In this document: piece by piece, positions 1-9,095 of the stretch
Layout: every line of letters begins with the position of its first letter
Position numbering within the stretch: position 1 is the first letter of the stretch
NCBI GenBank assembly: GCA_051876105.1
Contig: JBJEHN010000045.1
Coordinates: forward strand, 13,010-77,009
From: Coriobacteriales bacterium
Lineage (GTDB): Bacteria > Actinomycetota > Coriobacteriia > Coriobacteriales > QAMH01
Reading direction: 5' to 3'
DNA: 64,000 nt
Notes under the pieces: model-generated
Database searches by the model: none
What the model was told of the DNA's origin: nothing
The model's input: only the letters and a program-made list of their open reading frames with translations
Program-made: the position numbers and the translations under genes

Positions 1-54
1 CTGAGCTTTGCGGTCATCCCGCTGCTCGTGGTGTTCCTGAGCGCCGTGGGCTAG
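1..54 (+). CDS. 3' end of an upstream gene (partial; hydrophobic tail LSFAVIPLLVVFLSAVG*)
   Basis: Frame-1 reading runs from the window edge to TAG 52-54 with G/C at nearly all third positions. Too short to assign a function. Confidence 0.3.
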   Translation: MSFAVIPLLVVFLSAVG

Positions 55-2054
55 CCGCGCTTGGAGCCCTGGCGGCCCATGCCGCCCTTGTGGCCGCTGG
101 CCTTGTTGGGGCCCATGCCCTTCTGGTTGAACCCACCCTGCTTGCCGCGGCCCTTTGCCTGTGCGCCCGCCGCTCCCTTGCCGGCCCACCCGTTGCGCTT
201 GGCTGCGTTGCCGCCCTTCCCCTGGGGCTTCTTGCCGCGCGCGGCGCCAGCGCCCTTGCCGGGGCGCACCAGGCACTGCGGTCCGGCTCCGATGAGGTCC
301 TCGCGCCCGGTGGCCTTGAGCGCCTCGGTCACCAGCGCGTGGTTCTTGGGGTTGCGGTACTGGATGAGCGCGCGCTGCATGGCCTTCTCGTGCGGGGTGC
401 GCGGGCAGAAGACCTCCTCCATGGTGCGCGGGTCAACGCCGGTGTAGTAGATGCAGGTCGAGATGGTGGAGGGCGTGGGGTAGAAGTCCTGCACCTGCTC
501 GGGGTTGAAGCCCATGTCGCGGCAGAACTCGGCCAGCTCGACGGCCTCCCTGAGGGTGGAGCCGGGGTGCGAGCTCATGAGGTAGGGCACGGCGTACTGC
601 TTGAGCCCCAGCTCCCGGTTGGCCGCGTCAAAGCGCTCTGTGAACTCTTGGTACGCGCGCGCGGGCGGCTTGCCCATCACACGCAGGACCTCGTCGCTCA
701 CGTGTTCGGGCGCCAGGCGCAGCTGCCCGCTCACGTGGTGCTCGGCCAGCTCGCGGATGAAGGTGTCTGCGCGCTTGTCCAGCAATACGTAGTCGAAGCG
801 TATGCCGCTGCGCACGAAGACCTTCTTCACCCCCGGCAGCGCGCGCAGCTCGCGCAGCAGCTCGAGGTAGTCGCGGTGGTCGGCCTGCAGGTTCGGGCAG
901 GGCTTGGGGCTCAGGCAGCGCTTGCCCACGCAGGCACCCTTCTGCAGCTGCTTGGGGCAGGCTGGCTTGCGGAAGTCCGCCGTGGGGCCGCCCACGTCGT
1001 GGATGTAGCCCTTGAAGCCGGGCAGCTGGGTGATGAGCCGGGCCTCGGCCAGGATGCTCTCGTGGCTGCGGCTCTGGATGATGCGCCCCTGGTGGAAGGC
1101 CAGGCTGCAGAAGGAGCACTCGCCGATGCACCCGCGGTTGCTGGTGATCGAGAACTGCACTTCCTCGATGGCGGGGATGCCGCCGGCGGCGTTGTAGCTG
1201 GGATGGCAGCAGCGCTCGTAGGGCAGCGCGTAGACGGCGTCCATCTCAGCGGTGGTCAGCGGCTCGGCCGAGGGATTCTGCACCACGTAGAGCCCGTCGC
1301 GCTCGTAGGGCTCCACCAGCGTCTTGCCGCTGAAGGGATCCAGGTTGCGGTACTGCGTGCGAAAGCTGCGCGCGTACTCCAGGCGGTCTGCCTGCAGGGC
1401 CTCCCAGCTGGGTAGGAGCAGGTGCTCGTCTGCCACGCCCTGGAGGTCCTTGGAGCGGTAGGCCGTGCCGGGGACCCAGGTAATCTGCTGGACGGGGATG
1501 CCGGCTTCCAGGGCGTCTGCAATGGCGACGATCGAGTGCTCGCCCATGCCGTAGGAGACGATGTCCGCCCCGCTGTCGAGCAGGATGGAGCGCTTGAGCT
1601 TGTCGGCCCAGTAGTCGTAGTGGGCCAGGCGGCGCAGCGAGGCCTCCACGCCGCCGAGCACGACGGGCGTGTGCTTGAAGCTGCGGCGGATGAGGTTGCC
1701 GTAGACCACGGTGGCGTTGTCCGGGCGCAAGCCCATCTGCCCGCCGGGGGAGTAGTAGTCCTTGCCGCGGCGCTTCCTGGCCACGGTGTAGTGGTTGACC
1801 ATGGAGTCCATGTTGCCGGCGCTCACCAGGAAGGCCAGGCGCGGCTCGCCCAAGGCGGCGATGCTGGCGGGGTCGTGCCAGTCCGGCTGCGCGATGACGC
1901 CCACCTTGTAGCCGTTGGCCTCCAGCAGGCGCGTGATGATCGCCATCCCGAAGGAGGGGTGGTCGACGTAGGCGTCGCCGCAGACGTAGACGAAGTCGCA
2001 CTGCTCCCAGCCGCGCTCAAGCATCTCCGAGCGTGTTGTGGGGAGGAAGGCCAT
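51..2054 (-). CDS. ygiQ: YgiQ-family radical SAM protein (UPF0313) with Gly/Lys-rich C-terminal tail
   Basis: N-terminus MAFLPTTRSEMLERGWEQCDFVYVCGDAYVDHPSFG is typical of the family. CxxxCxxC radical SAM motif present (CIGECSFCS). 667 aa. Confidence 0.85.
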   Translation of the reverse strand: MAFLPTTRSEMLERGWEQCDFVYVCGDAYVDHPSFGMAIITRLLEANGYKVGVIAQPDWHDPASIAALGEPRLAFLVSAGNMDSMVNHYTVARKRRGKDYYSPGGQMGLRPDNATVVYGNLIRRSFKHTPVVLGGVEASLRRLAHYDYWADKLKRSILLDSGADIVSYGMGEHSIVAIADALEAGIPVQQITWVPGTAYRSKDLQGVADEHLLLPSWEALQADRLEYARSFRTQYRNLDPFSGKTLVEPYERDGLYVVQNPSAEPLTTAEMDAVYALPYERCCHPSYNAAGGIPAIEEVQFSITSNRGCIGECSFCSLAFHQGRIIQSRSHESILAEARLITQLPGFKGYIHDVGGPTADFRKPACPKQLQKGACVGKRCLSPKPCPNLQADHRDYLELLRELRALPGVKKVFVRSGIRFDYVLLDKRADTFIRELAEHHVSGQLRLAPEHVSDEVLRVMGKPPARAYQEFTERFDAANRELGLKQYAVPYLMSSHPGSTLREAVELAEFCRDMGFNPEQVQDFYPTPSTISTCIYYTGVDPRTMEEVFCPRTPHEKAMQRALIQYRNPKNHALVTEALKATGREDLIGAGPQCLVRPGKGAGAARGKKPQGKGGNAAKRNGWAGKGAAGAQAKGRGKQGGFNQKGMGPNKASGHKGGMGRQGSKRG

Positions 2055-2111
2055 CGCGTGTGCTCCTAGCGGTTGGGTGGGGTGGTCTGCGTTCGATTAT
2101 AGGCGCTGGCG

Positions 2112-2909
2112 CTAGGCCAGGCCCAGCAGCTCGGCGATGACGCGGGCGGCGAAGACCACCAGCACTGCCAGCAGCACCGGGCGCGCCACGGCGGCTCCCT
2201 TGCTGGTGAACAGCCGCGCGCCCAGCCAGCTGCCGGCCACGTTGAACACGCCGCAGAGCAGCCCCAGCGGGATCATGACCGCGCCGTTGAGCAGGAAGAC
2301 CACCAGCGCGCTTACGTTGGTGGTGAGGTTGACGGCCTTGGTGGTGCCGGCCGCGTCTGTGAGCTTGAGGCGGCCCACGCTGGTGAGCAGCAGCATGAGG
2401 AAGGCGCCGGTGCCGGGCCCGTAGAAGCCGTCATAGAAGCCCATGCCCAGCGAGACAGCCAGGCAGACCAGCAGCTCGCGGCGGGCCTCCCAGGGCTCCT
2501 TCGTGCTGCTGAGCTGCTTGTTGCGCAGCACGTAGAAGCCCGCCACGGGGATCACGGCCAGCATCACGACGCGCAGGAGGTTCTCGTCGGCGGCCAGGGC
2601 GGCGTGCGCTCCCAACGTGGAGCCGAGCATGGCGGCGGCGATGCAGGGCACCACTAGCCTCCAGCGCATGAAGCCCTCCTTGATGTACTTGGCGCAGGCA
2701 ACGGCCGTGCCCATGCAGTTGGAGAGCTTGTTGGTGGCGATGACGGTGTGGATGGGCAGGCCGGCGATGAGGAAGGCGGGGGTGGAGATGAGGCCGCCGC
2801 CGCCCGCGATGGCGTCGATGAAGCCCGCCAGCGCAAGGCCGGCGCAGGCCACGGCCACGCCCCAGGGCTCGATGAGCCCGTTGCCGGTGATGAGTGCGAG
2901 GAAGTCCAT
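2112..2909 (-). CDS. TSUP (TauE/SafE, YfcA-like) family membrane permease
   Basis: 265-aa polytopic membrane protein with FIDAIAGGGGLISTPAFL and Gly-rich TM repeats typical of TauE/SafE. Lies 6 bp downstream of trmB. Confidence 0.8.
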   Translation of the reverse strand: MDFLALITGNGLIEPWGVAVACAGLALAGFIDAIAGGGGLISTPAFLIAGLPIHTVIATNKLSNCMGTAVACAKYIKEGFMRWRLVVPCIAAAMLGSTLGAHAALAADENLLRVVMLAVIPVAGFYVLRNKQLSSTKEPWEARRELLVCLAVSLGMGFYDGFYGPGTGAFLMLLLTSVGRLKLTDAAGTTKAVNLTTNVSALVVFLLNGAVMIPLGLLCGVFNVAGSWLGARLFTSKGAAVARPVLLAVLVVFAARVIAELLGLA

Positions 2910-2915
2910 GCCGTG

Positions 2916-3764
2916 CTACCCTCGCGCGCCGTTCCCGCGCGCCCTCTGCGCCCGGCGCGCCTCGTTGCGGCGGCGGTTCACCACGTTCTCGACGAACTCC
3001 TCCATGCCGTAGGGGATGTAGTCCAGGGCCTCCAGGTCCTGGGGCAGGTAGTCGCCCAGGCTCTGCGGGCAGGTCTGCGCGGGCAGCTGCGCCGGCGCGG
3101 GGCCGGGCACGGCCACCAGCGCGTGTACCTTGGCCCCCTTGGCCACCAGGCGCTGCTCGTAGCCGCTCACAACGCCGGCATCGATGGGGGAGGGCTCGCC
3201 GGCCGCCACCAGTGCGTGCAGGTCGCGCGTGCTCCAGCTGACCTGGTAGCCGGCGTAGTCGAGCTGGTGCAGGCTCCAGTCGAAGAGAGGCTGGCTGTCT
3301 GTCTTGAGCTGGATGCAACCGCCGGGCGCCAGGATGCGGCGGTAGGCCATGAGGCGCTCGGCGTGCGTGAGGCGCTGCGGCGCGTGCTTGGCGCGCGGGC
3401 AGGGGGTGGAGAAGTTGAGGTGCAAGACATCGACCTCGCCGTCGCCCACGGTCTGCTCCAGGGCGTCGCCGTCGCTCAGCGCGAAGACGACGTTGGGGAT
3501 GCTGTCTTCGACCACGGCCTTCTTGGCGCTCATCGCGATGCAGATGCGCTCGTTGTCGAAGCCCACCCACAGCTCGCCGGGGTGCTCCTTGGCGCACTGG
3601 CAGGTCCACTCGCCCTTGCCGCAGCCCAGGTCGAGGTGGAGGGCGGTGGCGCCGGGCATGCGCGCCTCGCGCCAGCGGCCCTTGAGGGTGGCCGGGTCTT
3701 GGGCGATGGCCTCGGCGTACCAGTCGAAGCGCTCTTCCAGGTGCTTGGGCGGGCGTGCGTGCAC
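2916..3764 (-). CDS. trmB: tRNA (guanine46-N7)-methyltransferase TrmB
   Basis: SAM motif LDLGCGKGEW, NFSTPCPRAKH and QLKTDS match TrmB. The ORF is open to ATG 3980, but that extension reads through a palindromic repeat. GTG 3764 has a GAGGAG RBS 6 nt upstream, so the start is inferred. Confidence 0.75.
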   Translation of the reverse strand: MHARPPKHLEERFDWYAEAIAQDPATLKGRWREARMPGATALHLDLGCGKGEWTCQCAKEHPGELWVGFDNERICIAMSAKKAVVEDSIPNVVFALSDGDALEQTVGDGEVDVLHLNFSTPCPRAKHAPQRLTHAERLMAYRRILAPGGCIQLKTDSQPLFDWSLHQLDYAGYQVSWSTRDLHALVAAGEPSPIDAGVVSGYEQRLVAKGAKVHALVAVPGPAPAQLPAQTCPQSLGDYLPQDLEALDYIPYGMEEFVENVVNRRRNEARRAQRARGNGARG

Positions 3765-3804
3765 AGCGTGCTCCTCGGGTTGGGGTCTCAGGGGTCTTGC
3801 GATG

Positions 3805-3989
3805 CTCTGGCTGGTGTCGGGGAGGGCGCCCGAGGGCTCATTTCCGGAGCAGAGCTCGCCCGGATGCTTTTCGGGGCCGAGGACTGTCTGAGCGAGCGAA
3901 GCGAGCGAGTTCCGCAGGCGAAAAGCAGGAGGGCGAGCTTGGGTGCGCAGGACTGAGCTCTCGGGCGCCCTCCCCGACACCTGCCAGAG
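3805..3989. repeat. About 185-bp palindromic intergenic element (long imperfect hairpin)
   Basis: CTCTGGCTGGTGTCGGGGAGGGCGCCCGAG (3805-3834) is the reverse complement of 3960-3989 with 1 mismatch. Inner arms also pair (GCTTTTCG/CGAAAAGC, GAGCTCGCCC/GGGCGAGCTT). Confidence 0.65.
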
Positions 3990-4201
3990 CGCAGGGTCCC
4001 AGCAGGTTCAAACTGCAACAGGGTACTGCATGCGGTGGGGTGGGAGGGCTGCGCATCCGCCGACAGGCTCCCCTGCAGGCGCTGGCCTGGGGCCTCGTTG
4101 GCTGCCCGCTGCCGCCGCCCGCCCTGCCTGTAACAGCGCCGCCACACTGCGGCGGTATAATTCCGCGCATCACGCTAGGTAATCCAACGAGGAGCAACAC
4201 C

Positions 4202-5086
4202 GTGCACCAGCCCGCACAGAGCGCCGCGCCACAGCCCGCTGCCGCGGCCAGGCCCGCCAACCCGCACCTGCCCATCATCGGCATCGTGCCCGGCACCGAG
4301 CTCGAGAAGAACAGCCTCGTCCTGCGCAACCCCTACATCGAGGCCATCACCACCTGCGGCGGCGCTCCCGTCATCCTGCCGCTCACCGCCGACAAGCGCG
4401 TCTACGAGACGCTCTTCCCGCTCATGGACGGCTTCCTCCTCACCGGCGGTGCAGATATCTCGCCCGAGCGCTACTACTGCAAGGAGCACAATCCCAAGAA
4501 CGACACCCCGGTCCCCCTGCGCGAGGAGCTGGAGTGCCTCATCCTCTCGTACGCCTACAAGTTCGACGTGCCCACGCTGGGCATCTGCCGCGGCATGCAG
4601 ATGATGAACGTCTTCTTCGGCGGGACCCTCTACCAGGACCTCTACGACCAGTTCCCCCTGCACGATGACGACGAGCCGGAGCTGCCCATACAGCACTGGC
4701 AGCAGGACGACTGGGCCAACCCCAGCCACTTCGTGCAGGTCATCCGCGACTCCAAGCTGGGCGAGATGCTCGACATGGACCGCCTGGCCACCAACTCCAT
4801 GCACCATCAGGGCGTCAAGGAGGTGGCGCCCATGCTCAGGCCCGCCGCCTACGGCCCGGACGGCCTGGTGGAGGCGGTCGAGATGCCCAACCGCACCTTC
4901 ATGATGGGCGTGCAGTGGCACCCGGAGTACTTCGCCCGCAAGAACATGAAGTGCATCTTCACCACGCTGGTGAACGAGGCCGCGGCCGCGCGCCGCAGCG
5001 GGCGCGTCACCATGGACCCCCTGCGCCTGGTGCGCGACGACGGCTCCAACCGCTGGAACGTCTGCCGCTACCGTCTCAACGCCTAG
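4202..5086 (+). CDS. Class I glutamine amidotransferase, peptidase C26 (gamma-glutamyl-GABA hydrolase-like)
   Basis: Catalytic Cys context GICRGMQ, and HHQ...VQWHPE motifs. GTG 4202 is preceded by AGGAG at 4190-4194. The ORF upstream of 4202 is low-complexity and overlaps the repeat. Confidence 0.8.
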   Translation: MHQPAQSAAPQPAAAARPANPHLPIIGIVPGTELEKNSLVLRNPYIEAITTCGGAPVILPLTADKRVYETLFPLMDGFLLTGGADISPERYYCKEHNPKNDTPVPLREELECLILSYAYKFDVPTLGICRGMQMMNVFFGGTLYQDLYDQFPLHDDDEPELPIQHWQQDDWANPSHFVQVIRDSKLGEMLDMDRLATNSMHHQGVKEVAPMLRPAAYGPDGLVEAVEMPNRTFMMGVQWHPEYFARKNMKCIFTTLVNEAAAARRSGRVTMDPLRLVRDDGSNRWNVCRYRLNA

Positions 5087-5103
5087 GGCGCCCGCAGCGC
5101 CGC

Positions 5104-5265
5104 CTAGCCCCAGATAGAGCCGCCCTCGCCTTCGAGCGCCATGCTGCGCAGCGCCTGGCACAGGCGCTCGTCGCGCAGGATGAAGTCGATGCGGGGGTTC
5201 TTGCTCTTGGAGATGAGGGCCGCCTCGTCGCCCACGACCGTCACCTGGATGTTCTTGAACGGCAT
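5104..5265 (-). CDS. Candidate small protein (53 aa, MPFKNIQVTVVGDEAALISKSKNPRIDFILRDERLCQALRSMALEGEGGSIWG)
   Basis: Not in the track as a separate gene. About 96% G/C at third positions, like real genes here. Weak RBS. The in-frame upstream stretch is Cys-rich (SCCCRALCRLLESGEPVCQ) but has no canonical start. Confidence 0.3.
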   Translation of the reverse strand: MPFKNIQVTVVGDEAALISKSKNPRIDFILRDERLCQALRSMALEGEGGSIWG

Positions 5266-5387
5266 ACCCTTGGCCTGTGTGAGCTGGCAGACGGGCTCGC
5301 CGCTCTCCAGCAGGCGGCAAAGAGCTCGGCAGCAGCAAGAGGGCCCGCGCTTGGCGGGCCCTCGGGTCGTGCTGTGCTGTGCGGCGC

Positions 5388-5915
5388 TTAGAAGATGGAG
5401 TACTCGCCGTAGTCCTCCCGCTCTTCTTCCTCGGCCATGGCGCGGGCCTCGGCGGCCTCGGCAGCGGCGATCTCTTCCGGGGAGGCGTCCTCGTAGACAT
5501 CCTCCTTGGGCTTCTCCAGGCCCTCGATGACGATGCCGTGCTTTTCCGCGTAGTCCCACAGCGCGGCGTGGATGGACTCCTCGGCCAGCAGGCTGCAGTG
5601 GACCTTGATCTTAGGCAGGCCATCCAGGGCCTCCATGACTGCCTTGTTGGTGACCTGCAGGGCCTCCTGGACGGTCTTGCCGATGATCATCTCGGTTGCC
5701 ATGGAGCTGGTGGCGATAGCGGCGCCGCAGCCGAAGGTCTTGAACTTGGCGTCCTTGATGACCTGGGTCTCGTCGTCGATGTCCAGGTAGATGCGCATGA
5801 TGTCGCCGCAGACCGCGTTGCCGACGGTGCCCACGCCAGAGGCGTTCTCGATGGTGCCCACGTTGCGGGGGTTGGTGTAGTGGTCGACGACCTTGTCGGA
5901 ATAACTCATTGCCAT
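5388..5915 (-). CDS. nifU: Fe-S cluster scaffold protein NifU/IscU with acidic C-terminal extension
   Basis: The three conserved Cys contexts are present (NAVCGD, FGCGAAIA, HCSLLA). Lies immediately downstream of nifS. Confidence 0.9.
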   Translation of the reverse strand: MAMSYSDKVVDHYTNPRNVGTIENASGVGTVGNAVCGDIMRIYLDIDDETQVIKDAKFKTFGCGAAIATSSMATEMIIGKTVQEALQVTNKAVMEALDGLPKIKVHCSLLAEESIHAALWDYAEKHGIVIEGLEKPKEDVYEDASPEEIAAAEAAEARAMAEEEEREDYGEYSIF

Positions 5916-5956
5916 GGTGGTTAACGCTCCTTCTTCGTGCGTGCGTAGTCTCTAGT

Positions 5957-7141
5957 TTACTTGGCCTGCGCCTGGAAGTCCTCCCACAGGGGGCTCATCT
6001 CGCGCAAGCCGGCGATTGCGTCCTTGAGCACGTCGCACATGAAGTCGACGTCTTCAAGGGTGGTGTCGCGGCCGAGGGTGGCGCGCAGGGAGCCGTGCGC
6101 CTTTTCGTGCGGCAGGCCGATGGCCAGCAGCACGTGGCTGGGGTCGAGCGAGCCGCTGGTGCAGGCGGAGCCGGAGGACGCGCAGATGCCCTTGGCGCCC
6201 AGGCGCAGGAGCATGCCCTCGCCCTCGATGAACTCGAAGGAGATGTTGACGTTGTTGGCCAGGCGCTTGGTGGGGTGGCCGTTGAGGAAGCAGTGGGGGA
6301 TCTCCGAGGTGATGCGCTCGATGGCGTGGTCGCGGATGGCGGCCTGGCGCTCGTGCTGCTCCTCGCGCTCCGCCTCTGCCAGCACGGCCGCCTTGGCAAA
6401 GCCGATGATACCGGCGGTGTTTTCTGTGGTGGCGCGCTTGCCGCGCTCCTGGCCGCCGCCGTGGATGAGGTTGGAGATGCGCACGCCGCGCTTGATGTAG
6501 AGCATGCCCACGCCCTTGGGGCCGTAGAGCTTGTGGCCGGAGGCGCTCATGAGGTCGATGCCCAGCTCCTGGACGTCGATCTTCTCATGGCAGAAGGCCT
6601 GCACGGCGTCTGTGTGGAAGATGACCTTGTGCTTGTGGGCGATCGCGGCCAGCTCCTTGATGGGCTCGATGGTGCCGATCTCGTTGTTGGCGAACATGAT
6701 GGAGGCCATGACGGTGTCCGGGCGGATGGCGGCCTCAAAGGCCTCCGGGCTGACCAGGCCGTACTTGTCGACGTCCAGGTAGGTGACCTCGTAGCCCTCC
6801 TTCTCGAGGAACTGCGCCGTGTGCAGGATGGCGTGGTGCTCGATCTTGGTGGTGATGAGGTGCTTGCCCTTCTTGTCCTTGTAGGCGTCCATGACGCCCT
6901 TGAGGGCCCAGTTGTCTGCCTCGGAGCCGCCGGAGGTGAAGAACACCTCGTTGGGGTTGGCGGCGTTGATCACGCCAGCCACGTCCTTGCGCGCCTGCTG
7001 GATGGCGTCTTGGGCCTCCTGGCCCTTGGCGTAGATGGCGCTGGGGTTGCCGAACTTCTCCGTGAAGTAGGGCAGCATGGCCTCGACGACCTCGGGGCGG
7101 CACGGCGTGGTAGCCGCGTTGTCTAGGTAGATGGTCTTCAT
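5957..7141 (-). CDS. nifS: Cysteine desulfurase NifS (class I aminotransferase V)
   Basis: MKTIYLDNAATTP start, PLP lysine context SASGHKLYGPKG, and active-site SSGSACTS. ATG 7141 chosen over the longer ORF because the homology starts there. Confidence 0.9.
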   Translation of the reverse strand: MKTIYLDNAATTPCRPEVVEAMLPYFTEKFGNPSAIYAKGQEAQDAIQQARKDVAGVINAANPNEVFFTSGGSEADNWALKGVMDAYKDKKGKHLITTKIEHHAILHTAQFLEKEGYEVTYLDVDKYGLVSPEAFEAAIRPDTVMASIMFANNEIGTIEPIKELAAIAHKHKVIFHTDAVQAFCHEKIDVQELGIDLMSASGHKLYGPKGVGMLYIKRGVRISNLIHGGGQERGKRATTENTAGIIGFAKAAVLAEAEREEQHERQAAIRDHAIERITSEIPHCFLNGHPTKRLANNVNISFEFIEGEGMLLRLGAKGICASSGSACTSGSLDPSHVLLAIGLPHEKAHGSLRATLGRDTTLEDVDFMCDVLKDAIAGLREMSPLWEDFQAQAK

Positions 7142-7435
7142 CCTCGAACCTCGCTTTGTTCTGCGCTCTCGTGCTGTGCGCGGGAGCCGTGTTGGCTTCA
7201 AACTGCGCGCCCAGGGGAGCCGCAGCGTAATTCCTAGCAATAACTAGGGAATAAAATACGCGCCTTTGGGTTTGGGTCAATGTGTCAAAGGTAACGAAAC
7301 GTCAAACATGCTGACGACAGCCTCACGAGAGCTCGCTCCAACTGCCGCAGCACCCGCCGCGGGTGCTATCCTTGCTCGCAAGAACACGTTTGTCCGCACC
7401 CCGCTGGGGTGCCGTTCACAGTGAGGAGCACCGCC

Positions 7436-7744
7436 ATGGCTGCCATAGAGATCACCGCAGAGAACTTCGAGCAAGAGGTCCTCAAGAGCGAAAAGCCCGT
7501 CCTGCTGGACTTCTGGGCCGTCTGGTGCGGCCCCTGCATGATGCTCTCCCCCGTGGTGGAGGAGGTCGCCGAGGAGCACCCCGAGGTCAAGGTCGGCAAG
7601 GTCAACACAGACGAGCAGCCCGCCCTCGCCCAGAAGTTCGGCATCACCGCCATCCCCGCCCTCTTCGTGGTCAAGGACGGCCAGATCGTCAACAAGTCCG
7701 TGGGCGCCGTGCCCAAGGAGCAGGTCGAAGCTCTCATCCGCTAA
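7436..7744 (+). CDS. trxA: Thioredoxin
   Basis: WCGPC active site. GAGGAG RBS before ATG 7436. Confidence 0.9.
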   Translation: MAAIEITAENFEQEVLKSEKPVLLDFWAVWCGPCMMLSPVVEEVAEEHPEVKVGKVNTDEQPALAQKFGITAIPALFVVKDGQIVNKSVGAVPKEQVEALIR

Positions 7745-7771
7745 AACATCCCTGCGCTACATGCACCGAAT

Positions 7772-7811
7772 GCGCCCCCGTGCCGCACCTGGCCCGGGGG
7801 TGCGTTCGTTT
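7772..7811 (+). terminator. Putative trxA terminator hairpin
   Basis: GCGCCCCCG (7772-7780) pairs with CGGGGGTGC (7795-7803), followed by GTTCGTTT. Confidence 0.4.
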
Positions 7812-7922
7812 GCAAGGGCTGTGAAAAACTTGCCTCCTCTGACTGTTTTGGGGGGTGCATAGCCCGCAGGCCTGCGGTTACTATTAGCCGTTAGTACAGG
7901 CGAATCCGTGGGAGGTGTTCAC

Positions 7923-8876
7923 ATGATCGAGTACTACCAGTTCGTTGACGGAGAGATCACTCAAGTGGACACCCTCGAAGAGGATTGCTGGGTCAGCGTG
8001 GTCGCCCCCAACCCGGACGAGCGCGAGTGGCTCTCCACCCAGCTTGGCGTGGTGCCGGAGTTCGCCGCCGCAGCGCTCGACGACGAAGAGCGCTCGCACG
8101 TCGACTACGACGAGGACGAGCGCCAGACGCTCATCATCGTCGACTGCCCCTTCGTGGAGGACCGGGCAGAGACCATGGACCCAACCACCACGCAGTACGA
8201 CACCCACCCCCTCTCCATCCTGCTGCTGCCCAAGCGTAAGCTCTTCGTCACCGTCACGCTGCGCTACAACGAGACCATCCACAGCCTGAGCAAGCGCGCC
8301 AGGGGCAACCCCCAGGGCCGCCACCCCAAGCTGCTGCTCGACGTGCTCATGAAGGTCGCGCGCCGCTACCTCACCGCCCTGCGCGACATCGACCGCCAGT
8401 TCAAGGCCAACGAGCGCGTGCTCCGCAGCGACCTGCGCAACGACGAGCTCATCAAGATGCTCGGCTTGGAGAAGTCGCTGGTGTACTTCTCCACCAGCCT
8501 CAAGTCCTTCGAGATGGTGCTCGCCAAGCTGGCCAACGGCCGCCTCATCCGCTTCAGCGACGACGAGGAGGAGTACCTCCAAGACGTCAAGATCGAGGTG
8601 CGCCAGGCCGTCGAGATGTGCGACATCTCCACCAAGATCCTCAACGGCTCCATGGACGCGTTCTCGAGCATCATCTCCAACAACATGAACATCACGATCC
8701 GCCGCTTGACGGTGATCACCCTGGTGCTGGCCGTTCCCACCATCATCTTCAGCTTCTACGGCATGAACACGGGCACCCTGCCCCTGGTGGACTACTGGTA
8801 CTGGCCCTTCCTCATAGCCCTGGGCGTGAGCATCATCACCGCCCTGGTCTTCACAAAGAGCAAGCTGTTCAAATAG
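7923..8876 (+). CDS. corA: CorA-family magnesium/cobalt transporter
   Basis: C-terminal two-TM region with the YGMN signature (FSFYGMNTG). GGGAGG RBS before ATG 7923. Confidence 0.85.
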   Translation: MIEYYQFVDGEITQVDTLEEDCWVSVVAPNPDEREWLSTQLGVVPEFAAAALDDEERSHVDYDEDERQTLIIVDCPFVEDRAETMDPTTTQYDTHPLSILLLPKRKLFVTVTLRYNETIHSLSKRARGNPQGRHPKLLLDVLMKVARRYLTALRDIDRQFKANERVLRSDLRNDELIKMLGLEKSLVYFSTSLKSFEMVLAKLANGRLIRFSDDEEEYLQDVKIEVRQAVEMCDISTKILNGSMDAFSSIISNNMNITIRRLTVITLVLAVPTIIFSFYGMNTGTLPLVDYWYWPFLIALGVSIITALVFTKSKLFK

Positions 8877-9057
8877 CGCACGCTGCTAATGCGTGTCGCC
8901 TTCCTGTGTGCACCCTCTGACGTGCGCCGCCTTCCCATGCGCACGCGCCGCTCGGCTCTCATGCCGCCCGCCCGCCGAAAAGAGCCGCTCGCTACCGCTT
9001 GAGAGGCCGCCGTTCACAAATAACTCCACAAAAAAGTCATGAATGCGGCGACTTTTT

Positions 9058-9065
9058 TGTAATAT
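9058..9065 (+). promoter_or_regulatory. Extended -10 promoter element (TGTAATAT) for the hypothetical-cstA operon
   Basis: TGn-TAATAT in an AT-rich patch about 30 nt upstream of the 9096 start. Confidence 0.35.
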
Positions 9066-9095
9066 CTCGCAAGTTGCACGGCAGACGAAAGGTAT

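Noticed and set aside
51-54. Convergent genes sharing a CTAG so that both stop codons overlap
   Set aside because: It is real in the sequence but is a trivial consequence of the palindromic TAG/CTA. There is no functional implication.
2431-3609. 392-aa ORF and other Arg/Pro/Gly-rich ORFs overlapping the TSUP and trmB genes
   Set aside because: These are alternative frames of genuine genes, with extreme composition (R, P, G, A), no motifs, and the wrong third-position G/C periodicity.
3755-4201. N-terminal 149-aa extension of the amidotransferase ORF (and trmB extension 3765-3980 on the other strand)
   Set aside because: Both extensions are translations of the palindromic element and are low-complexity. 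Internal starts with good RBSs coincide with the onset of homology.
7812-7922. Possible Mg2+ (M-box) riboswitch upstream of corA
   Set aside because: The leader is only about 105 nt, shorter than an M-box aptamer, and I could not find the conserved M-box helices.
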